Of a DNA stretch of 64,000 bases, positions 51,899-61,804 are shown in pieces. Each line of letters opens with the position of its first letter. The first letter of the stretch is position 1. The position numbers were made by a program, and so were the translations under genes. Source of the stretch: Dicyema japonicum (lineage: Eukaryota > Animalia > Dicyemida). The notes under the pieces are model-generated. The model saw only the letters and a list, made by a program, of their open reading frames with translations. It was not told where the DNA came from and made no database searches. The stretch spans positions 62,001 to 126,000 of the forward strand of contig RDEW01000083.1 of NCBI GenBank assembly GCA_011109175.1. The letters run 5' to 3'.

Positions 51899-53674
51899 AT
51901 GGATAAGTATCCAAATATCACAAAAATTCACGAGTTTGGTAAATTCTATATTCTAGCTTTATCGATCAAAACCAGGAGTCTTATATTAAAAGACTAGCAG
52001 ATTCAGTTGCTATAAAAAGTATCTCAGCATGGCAAGAAACACGTGGAGAAATATTTAAAATGATGGACTTTATCGAAGATCTATTGGAATCTTTTGAAGC
52101 CAAAGTAGAAAGAGAATCTTTGAAAACCTTCCAAACATTCCCAGATTCAAGAGTGGCCCTATTCCCTCCAGTCATCCTAGCTGAATTGCCATCAAAGCGC
52201 CCAAATGCGAAGACTCTTCTTATTTATGGACATTTAGACGTTCAACCAGCCAAAATTGTTAGTTTCATTTTTAGTGATTTCTAGGAGGATGGGTGGAACA
52301 CCGACCCATTCGTTCTAACTGAGGAAGACGGTGTCTTATATGGCCGAGGCACTACAGATGATAAGGTATGATTGATCCCATAGCATAGGGCCCGGTTTTA
52401 TGCTGGATTAACATGATCGAGGCTTACATAAAAACTGGAGAAGAGATTCCAGTAAATTTGAAAGTATGGTTTAATTTTTTAAATTTTATAAATAATTTAA
52501 TTAATATTTTACGATAATTCAATATTTTCAGTTTTGCATCGAAGGAATGGAAGAAAGCGACTCCGAAGGACTTAGCGAAATCATAGTGAAGCGAAAGGAC
52601 TTTTTTCAAGTAAAGTATATTTTTGAGTCAGAACGTCGACTTTGCCTGCATTTCGGACAACTACTGGCTGGGTACTCATAGACCTTGCATCACCTATGGA
52701 CTGAGGGGGGTCATCTGCTTCGAATTGACTGTAAAATGTGGGAGGAAAGACTTCCATTCAGGAACGTATGGGGGAACTATGTAATTTGCGGATTATTATA
52801 TGCCAGAAACGAAGCCATGATAGATCTCTGCCATATTATGTCCTCTCTAGTGTCTTCGGATGGAAAAATTAAAATCTCGCGATTTATGACGGCGTGGCAG
52901 AGCTTACTAGTGAGGAGTCTTCACTATACGACAATATTGATTTTGATTTGGTATTTTTTATTAAAATATTATAAATTTATAATTAAATTTTAATTCAACT
53001 AATATTGTTTTAGGACGAATTTATCTCAGAAGTTGGTTGTCGTGGTGCTTTAAACGATAAAAAACAAACCTTGATGCACCGTTGGAGATATCCCTCCTTG
53101 TCTATCCATGGTATTGATTTTTGATCACGTGGTTAGGAATCGAAGGAGCTTTTTACGAGCCTGGATGCAAGACCGTGATTCCAGGATGTGTAATAGGGAA
53201 GTTTTCGATTAGAACGGTCCCCGATATGAACCACAGCGAAGTAATCAAACTAGTTGAAGAACATGTGACTAAAGTACACTCAGATTTGTATACTTCTACC
53301 GAAATGAAGTTACTGGTTGTGGGACTTTTAGACTTGTTGTTAATTCTAATGGACAATACTGGTTGGGGAAGGTCGGAGACAAGAATTTCCAGAGTGCCAT
53401 AAATGCTACGATTGACGGTTATATTAGTAGCTCATTACAGTCTACGGTTAATGCCCGACTTGACACGTGAGGGTGGAAGCATTCCGATTGTCTTAGACAT
53501 TGAGAGGGCGACCGGAACAAGCGTAGTTTTACTTCCAGTAGGACGTGGTGACGATGGTGCTCATTCCCAAAATGAGAAACTTAACGTGGCCAACTACATG
53601 AATGGGGTCACTCTATTTTGTAGTTTTAGATCAAATTGTTTGCCTCCTATGTGGCTCATTTGTCCGTAGATTAG
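51899..53674 (+). CDS. CNDP2: Cytosolic non-specific dipeptidase (M20A), about 476 aa, two apparent 1-nt deletions
   Basis: Motifs [59 protein letters not shown] and GAHSQNEKL. Eleven introns: nine of 22-27 nt, plus 68 and 63 nt. Confidence 0.95.
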
Positions 53675-53819
53675 TATTATTGATTTGTAATTTATTTGTT
53701 TCGTTAATAATCGGTTTTTTGGTTTAGCTGGTGATCGGGCTCTTGAACACTATTTTTTGAAAGCAATGAATTTATTGACTAACCTCCCTCTCCTGACGTT
53801 TATTGTCAAGTCTGAAAAG

Positions 53820-54690
53820 TCATGAACGTCGACGACCCGTGAATTTGTTGTGTAATAATCTGTCAGATTAGAATGATTGATAGCCTTGATGAATATGGAA
53901 AGTTCTTGAGGCCTATCAACAAATTATAGGCAAAGTACTGAAACAATCAGTAACGTTCCGAGGTGACTAAGGGAAACAGATCGTGGATCAATTAGAAGTG
54001 GTGGAGCTTATTGCTGACCATTTCGAAAAGTTGCTCAAATCCGATTACCATGGCAGCATTGGGACCTCTCCAGATGAGAGAGAATTTTTAGTGGAAATAA
54101 CCCCACAAGAAGTACAGGTAGTAAGCTCAAAATAAAAAAAATGACAAGAGTCAGGATGCTCTCAATAACGAATTCTTTGAATTCTTCAACTATGAAAACA
54201 TCACTTGTATCGACAACACTTACCACTGTGAACGGGTACCCTGATACCCGTTCAGAAAGCTCACAAAGTAAGGGTTAAAATAGAAAACCTGAGACTAGCT
54301 ATTCCACTCCTTAAAGGGGAAATGAGCACATTAGTATACGCAGACGATGTGACTCCACTTCAAATCATAAAGAAGCACCTACTGCTTTATTGGAGGAAGT
54401 TTGCTGAATGGTTCCTAACAGTAAACTTAAACGAAACTGAAATCACAGAACTCAAAAGAGAGGAAGCGAGGAGTATTGGCGCAAAAACAAAAGGCTGAGA
54501 TCCCTTCTCGGAGACAGCGATGACATAACAAAAGGAAAAACATTAGAAAATTCCGCAATGGATAAGTTGAGAAAACCTGGTTTGCCAGTAAAGGATACAA
54601 GAGTCTGTACAACACACTTGTGAAACCAACACTCTTGTACAATACGGGCACTTGGGCTTGCACGAGACAGCTGAACTTCTTTCACAGAGT
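53820..54690 (+). mobile_element. Degraded RTE-like family fragment
   Basis: ELIADHFEKLL, LVYADDV and LVKPTLLYNTGTW. Confidence 0.75.
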
Positions 54691-54699
54691 CCAAAGAGA

Positions 54700-55560
54700 A
54701 ACAAACGGTTCAGTTAGTTTGTTTACTCCTTCTTTCTTGGTGTTCCCTTCTCGGGGTTATTAAATAAATAGTTGTTCTCCTCTGATCAGATTTCTTGGCG
54801 GCTGGACATCCAGAATAACTGGTACAATGTGAGGACGAACCACAATTTATGCAATTCATTGTGTTCCCATGAATCTCTCCACACTCGGTCAGGTCGTGTT
54901 CCCTGCGCAATGGAACATCTTGTCTTCTCTTACAGAAGGAGGATATGTCCATAGCATTGGCATTAAACATATAGATGGGCCTCTTCTTTACCATTCACAT
55001 GTAATTGTCACGTGGGCAATGTTGAAACCAAGACGAACAAGCGATGTAGTCTCCACCCTTGATCCAACTAGAACTTTTGCAAAGGGAGTCTCCTATCTCC
55101 CTTGTAGAAATGGCATATGCTCGTAATAGAGGGAGCTGATTCATGAAGGTCGTTATCATCAACCCAAAAGGGCAGGTTCTTGAACACAATTTCCGACGGT
55201 CTCACTCGGATTTCACTGAAGCAATTGTTTCCAAGTCCAAAAGTGAAGTAGCATTCACATGTTCACAAAAGTTCCTTTTGTCCTCCTTATGTGAATTCGA
55301 GGGGGAAGATCCCGGAGCCTTTGTGGCTCAATCTGATAGACTCCTTCAAGTCGAACGAGTACAGCACGTTAGAAATATTGATGGCTCCCATATTCGATGT
55401 AACAGAGACCTGTACAAACACATTTCCAGAGGATTCAAAAGCTGGAGGATAGTAAGGAATAGACTTGTTTTCAGTTTCTGTAGATATGCAAACTGTATTG
55501 ATCTCCTCTTCAAACTTTTTGACAGTAGTAGCGCCTGTAGATCGTAAAGGAGACTAACTT
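54700..55560 (-). mobile_element. Gag-like LINE ORF1, second copy
   Basis: Nucleotide paralog of 47600-48540 with zinc-knuckle remnants, including MNCINCGSSSHC. Confidence 0.8.
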
Positions 55561-55802
55561 TTAATGTCGCACTTTTCGATCCTTTTTAATTAACTTTTTT
55601 AACCATTTTTTAACCATCGTCACAACAACACACAGTACGATCATACTTGCATATAGTTACTATTATTTGGTAGTTACTTTGTAAGGGATAAAGTCGGGCT
55701 TGTTTGCTAAAAATTTAGGCAGCTTTTTTTCGAGCAATCCGAATGATAACCAAAACTTGTATTAAAAAAAATAATATATTTATAAAATTATTTAATTTAA
55801 AA

Positions 55803-57834
55803 ATGTCGATTATCCAAATAAAACTTATTCTAAAATTCAAAATATTATAAGTTATGTTGTTTTCTTCAATTAAGTTTTACGCCGCTAATAATGTTAACCA
55901 AAAGGTACAATTTTAGAGATAAAAATTCAGACCATTGATCAGCTTAAAGCCAATGGTGCCACTCAATTTGAATATCTCTCTGAATTCCTTAGCGTCGTTT
56001 TGTGTGACGATCCAATCTGTGGAGAATTTGTGGAAGCACGTGACTTGTTCAACCTTCCGGTGGTCTCTGTAATTTTAATTTTTATTTATTTCCAGGAAAA
56101 TTGGGTCTCGCTTTCTATTCTATGCAACAAACTGCTCAGCTTCGACTGCTTCCGCGTTAACGAAAATAACATTTTCCATGGACTGACCGTCACCGCAGCT
56201 CACGTGGGTAAGGATAGGGACAGATTATGGGCTCTTCTTACTTTCCACGGAGCCATGACATCTTCTATAGTGACCAGGAACACTACTCACTTTGTCACAT
56301 GTTATCCTCCACCACTCTGCCTGATCGAGTTCACGTGGTCACGCCGGACTGGGTTGTGGACTCTGTGAGAGCCAAACGCCGCCTGAACGAGAAGGATTAC
56401 CTTCCTGAACTTCTTCAAAAAAGACCATTCATCGGTCTCGTCTTTTACGGTGACCTAAAAGGCGCTGTAGTTGACCAAATCCATGCTAACGGAGGCTCCA
56501 TATGCCATGTTTGTATGTCCTGTGCTACCTACGTGGTCGCCCAATGTCAGGATCACATTAGAACGGTGCTATGTTTTTTAATCGCAGGCTATAAATCAAG
56601 GAAAACGAATTATTTCGGTTCATTGGGTCCTCGACTGTATTACCCTTGGAAGAGTTCTTCCTCCGTGGAAGGCCATTCACTTTCCTCTTCCATTTTTTAA
56701 CTACAAACCTTGCTGTGGACAGGTGGCTGTAGTGCCCACGTGTAGATAATATCAACGACGGGATTTGTCGGTCAGGAGAAGAAGTACATAATTTTGATGA
56801 TTCAGTTGCTGGGAGCGATCTACACGGACTGTCTCACCTCTCAGAACTCAGTGCTTATATTTAACACGTTTGTCGCACGTGGATGATCTTAGACTTAACA
56901 CCATCAAGGTCGAGAGGGCCATGTCCGTCGACATTGCAGTGGTTAACCCCCTCTGGTTGAGTGACCTTATGTTGGGGTACCTCGACGCCCTCAAATTACC
57001 AGTGAAGGAAAAATATAAGTCCAAGATGGACAACATCTACGATTTCACTCCCTCGTTGGTTCAGCACATGTTCGGTATTCCTTAATTTGCACCAAAGTTG
57101 GATGGAATTCTGTGGTAACCAAATTCCCGACGGTCAGACCTCCCCCTGAGATCAAGAGGATAATGATCACCTTTACTGGAGTGGACGAGTATAAGATCTT
57201 AAAGCTAAAGCATGTGAGTTATTTGTTTTTAGCGCAGATGGCCACCAGTTTGGGAGCTTTTATAGCCCAAGAGGCCGGGAGGTGCACTCACATTGTGGCA
57301 GATAGGCTGGTTCGGTCCCTAAAGTTCCTGTGTGCAATAAATCACTGTACTCACGTTGTCACGTCTCGGTGGATTGAGGACAGTGCTCAGATTGGGTGTT
57401 TTAAGCGTATATCACGTATTTATCGTAGTCGAGGACCCCTACATCCTCAATGATCCCACAAATGAGGAGAAATTCAACTGTTCTTTGCGTCAGGTTTTGA
57501 CCCGAGTCAGTCGGGGACGGCTGTTTGAGGTTGTGTGTCCGGAAATTTGAGGGATTGCGCTTCTACGTGACCCCAAATGTGATCCCGGACGTGGAGGCTT
57601 TAAAGCCTATAATCATAAATGCAGGAGGATTTTATCTCCAGGACATACCCACGTGCTATAGTGACCGTACATTCATAATAAGTTGTGATCGAGACGCTAG
57701 CATGGTCGCCAACCTTATAAAGGGAGGAATGCGTAAGTGTCCTCTATATTTTAGGCGTATACTCACCCGAATTGATCCTCTCCAGTGTTTTTGTTCAAAA
57801 GCTCATTATCGAGAATTTCGTCCTTAAATATTAA
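55803..57834 (+). CDS. PAXIP1: PAX-interacting protein 1 (PTIP), six BRCT domains, about 590 aa
   Basis: EARDLFNLPVV..NWV, RDRLWALLTFHG, VVTPDWV, WKAIHFP...KPCCGQIISTTGFVG, VNPLWLSDLMLG, CTHIVADRLVRSLKFLCAI and FYVTPNVIP align in order with PTIP BRCT1-6. Eleven introns of 22-27 nt. The start and one internal frame (about 56300) need small indels. Confidence 0.92.
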
Positions 57835-57880
57835 TCGTTAATTATTATATATACTAATAAAATTAATTTATTGTGCTAAT

Positions 57881-58070
57881 GCTGTGTAACGACTGCCGGG
57901 CAAAAGGCCTAATGCCCACAAGTTCGAATCTCGCTGCTGTACTTTCTGGCTGAAGGTTCCACGCATCTACGATGTTTTGGCTTGACGAGTGACGCTGTCA
58001 TCAGCGAACATTTCACTATGGAACTGGATCATCTATAAAGGACTGGATACATCCAACAACAAAAAAAATC
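57881..58070 (+). mobile_element. SINE family, copy 3
   Basis: B-box, core and A-rich tail. Closely similar to copy 2. Confidence 0.8.
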
Positions 58071-58354
58071 TTTCTTCTTGAAAAATCGAGGAGAGCAGGG
58101 ATCAAGATTGCCTTGCGCAAAAAGCTTGACTAGAAGATAGATGAAAATTTGTTAGTAATGTCAATCAGAGATGCAGCAGAAAAAAATATGGCAAACTTTT
58201 AAAAAAAAGAGATGCCATCATTGACTTACTCTGCAGCACAGAATGAACGATAAGAAGGGTCTGAGAGCACAGAAAAGATTCCAATCGATTTCAGGACTTG
58301 TCGTGAAAAGCCTAATAATACCCACTTTGATTTCCTTGTTAATAAAAGTTGAAG

Positions 58355-58600
58355 TTAAAAAAAGAAGTGAAGAGCATTCCTTGGTTCTCCTCTACGATTT
58401 GTTATCATAAGTGTTCTTTACTTAAATAAAGTTTGTTCTGTCTTGGAGAAGCCATAGCTAATCGTAAAGTGCTGACGATATTCAGATGGTTCCGGTTAGA
58501 ATTTCCCTGCTGTCCATTCTGGTTGGAAGCTCCACGCATCTACGACGCTTCTTTGATGAACGAGTGACAAAGTTATCCATAAATACCTCACAGTGAAACT
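58355..58600 (+). mobile_element. SINE tail and core fragments
   Basis: GAAGTGAAGAGCATTCCTTGGTTCT at about 58363 and CCACGCATCTACGA at 58532. Confidence 0.6.
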
Positions 58601-59357
58601 GGTTTGTTTACGGGGGTTCATATGTGACAAAAAAAAGTTCGTTGTCCCCCTCTCAACTACTAGTTAATGTAAATGTTCTTTACTCTAAAATAAAGTCCAT
58701 GATGAGCTATAAGTATTATGGATTGAGTTCAGGTCCTACGCTTCCGATTTTTTATTTTGTTTAGAACTTTGGGTTTCCAATATCTCCCGAGTCCATCACC
58801 TCATCCGTACTCACGAGAAGGAAGATATGCTCAGTAAGGTGCGTTTTTGCTACTAACGACTTCTTGTTTGACCAAATTGTAATTTAATTATCGCAAACAT
58901 TTACCTGTTTGTGCGTTCTTATCGTCCCAAGTTGTGAGCTTAGTTTTTTAATTTTTCTCCAGAACTCCTTTGTTCGGTCTTCTGACATTAATGTTTAGAA
59001 ACCAGTCCGAGAATACTTGTGGTCCACCAAATACAGTGATATTCGGTGGAGGCAGGTTTCGAACCTTCAATAATAACCACGTCTCCGTTAAATGGTGACT
59101 TTTGTTATAATCTTTCTGAGTCTAACTGAGAGTGGAGAAGTAGCAACTCCACTCGTGTGTAATTAATGATACAATTAGGAGATCATATGATGACGTAATC
59201 AAGGATTAATTGAACTACGAAATATATTGATTAGGCAGATCTTTCAGTAATGTCATTCACGTTCTCTATTTGTCCAATAGGTCACACGAGTACATTTTAG
59301 TCAATAAAATTCGCATGAAATATTAAAACAACGCCAATCGTGAATTACTAAAGCAGC

Positions 59358-60510
59358 ATGGACAGGTAGCTGAATCAATTAGAGGTTTAGGGACGCGGCC
59401 TACCAGGAGCTGAGAAACAGAGTAGAAACCCAGGAGGAGTCCACCAATAAACTGATTGATAATGCTATCCTCATGAAAAGATCAGTTGGTGACTCAATGA
59501 AGAACTCAAAACAGATAATCGAGGCTGAAATAAACGCAAGGGCGAATGCTGATAAGCAGATCAGATTGCTCACGAATGTTGTGGGGAAACTAGACAGGGA
59601 TATTGAGGTTGGCTGGTAATTGACCGTAGAATGTGGAATTGAGCATAAATAAAAATTTCGAAAATTTAAAGGTCATAGGAATCCACGTGAGCAAACTTCA
59701 GCATACCTACGAGACTGAAATTAGAAATATCGCTGGGAATATAGAAAATGTCATAAAGAATCAAGCAAGCATCGAAACTGACCTGAAATTGCTGCAGCAT
59801 CAAGCATTGTCGTTTACAATTTTCAAGGAACATTACGAGAAAAGCTCGGCAGAGCATCAACTGGCGATCCATGATGTAAAGCCTTACTTATCTAGAAACT
59901 AAGTAATCTGAACTCTTTGATGGACAAATGTGAAATGACTTGCAAGGACCAGATATCGGGCATGCTGGCTGAGATTGCGGAAAAATTAAAAATATTTGAA
60001 TTTGGCTGTAGTGAAATGTACAGAGAAATGAAAAACTACTGCGAAGAGAATTTCAAACTTTCCGACCGACAGAAGGAGTCAATGAAGAGCAACCTGACGG
60101 AACTCATCGAAGAGAAGTTGTCGGTCTATGACATTCGGATTGTAGGTGTTCAGGGATTTACCTTTAGAACGAGATCAGGGAAAGATGCAACTCCCAAAAC
60201 GTTGAGGGGAAGCTGATCTCCATAGAGAAAAGACTAACGGACCTCGAATTGAACGAACAAGTCCAAAAGGTTAGTTTTCAATTTCACCCCTCAGAACATG
60301 TGTGATGCTGTTTCTCACAGACTAGAAAATTCTCTGACAGAGTTCAAGCAGCATATCGACGACTTGAATGAAAATATCGATAAAGATGTCGACAACGTCA
60401 CGAACCAAGTGGAGGCTCTCAGTGCTGATTTTGACGAAAAGTTCAATCGGCTTAAAAGTGAAACCTTAGAAAAAATAGAGAACATCAAACAAGCGTTGAT
60501 TCGTTTATAA
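59358..60510 (+). CDS. FAM81-like coiled-coil protein
   Basis: Five introns of 20-26 nt keep the frame. RVETQEESTNKLIDNAILMK...QIRLLTNVVGKLDRDIE resembles the FAM81 N-terminal RIDSHEKTTAALVEHAFRIK...HIRNITAIVKQLNRDIE (recalled). The 5' end is uncertain. Confidence 0.6.
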
Positions 60511-60537
60511 TTTCTAATAAATATAATTTTTAATATT

Positions 60538-60550
60538 GTCTCCAAGCAAC
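60538..60550 (+). promoter_or_regulatory. RFX X-box-like motif GTCTCCAAGCAAC
   Basis: A 13-bp GTCTCC-A-AGCAAC match to the X-box pattern, 3 nt upstream of the ATG of a dynein-assembly gene. Confidence 0.55.
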
Positions 60551-60553
60551 AGA

Positions 60554-61242
60554 ATGGGTGATTCAATCAATTTTGATAAATTGGATAAACAACTGCAAAA
60601 TCTGGTTTTGGAGGAAAAACTATATTGGGAGAAGAATGACGCTAAGCTTAGGGCGGTGGAACAGCGAGTGGGGACGTATGAAGAGTTCAGGTGATTGGAG
60701 TTATTATTTCAAGACAAATGGTCCTCGGGGCTCATCTCAAACCTTTAAACAAGGACGAGAGAATCACAGACATCAACAGGGGACATTGCAGGTGGAATAC
60801 CATCTCAGAAACGAAAAATGTTTCAAAATCTCCAAATTTATCGAATTCGCAACAAGAGTCTTCCAGTAACGTGAAAATTGAGAATGTCTCCCATTTCATG
60901 ACTTTTTGGAAAAAATCGAAACAGATGGATTACAGATTTAATCTGCTCTTACAAACGGGCCCAAAGGAACTCAAACGATTTTTCATGTCGGATTTAAGAT
61001 TTGACTTTTTTGACGAGGCCATAATAGCTTTGAGTGCTAATGAAGTTAGTCCCGGAGTAATCGAAATCTTGGAGGCGCTGAGTCTCTGCAAGGGATTCAA
61101 GCTCGTCGTAGACTTCATGTCCACTAACGCCAGGGAATGCTGCAAATCCTTGTTCAGCAAAGTTTCTTCCACAGATTCTGAAGTTGTTCGTAAGCTCACT
61201 AAGTTATATCTCCCAAACTACTTGGAAGGTAAATATTCTTGA
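60554..61242 (+). CDS. CCDC103: Axonemal dynein attachment factor CCDC103/DNAAF19, 221 aa
   Basis: With intron 60691-60713 (23 nt) the protein reads INFDKLDKQL...[31 protein letters not shown]. The RPAP3_C-like C-terminus reads LQTGPKELKRFF...ARECCKSLFSKV. Confidence 0.93.
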
Positions 61243-61804
61243 TTCCACCAACTCCCCAATTTTCCATATTTTCTTGACGCTTGTTTTATTTCTGAAATAA
61301 AATCTAAATTTGAACGTTCTTGGCTAATTAGATCATTGAAGGTTAACTAAACCCAGAAGAGATCGAAGTGAGAACCTCTGAGTTCTCTTCTGAGATGATG
61401 AAAGCAAAAAATGATAATTTATTGCTTTTATAGAACGGTTTTGTGGAGGAGTGATGAGGGAATTAGTAATATAGAGATAACTAGGCAACGTTGAAAAAGT
61501 TTGATATTAAGGCTTATTCTCAGAAATAGTTAATCGATTAAATCATCAATTAGCTTTGTCTAAATTTATATTATGATGTCAAAAAGATACATTATGCTAG
61601 CGTTGTGCTTATATCGATAAAACAATCAGATTAGCGCTATTTATAAGTAAGAATTAAGTTCTCCTTGGATGCAGCAAGTGTCGTTTATGTACAACGTCCC
61701 CCATTGGCGGTTTGTGCACGTGCTTAAATCATGCGGTGTAGAAATATTTTATATATTATTTTGGTTGTCTATTGGTTAACAGTAATATTACCATAGCAGC
61801 ATAC

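Noticed and set aside
56870-57085. Stand-alone ORF or retroelement fragment
   Set aside because: It is a PAXIP1 BRCT4 exon read through a retained intron.
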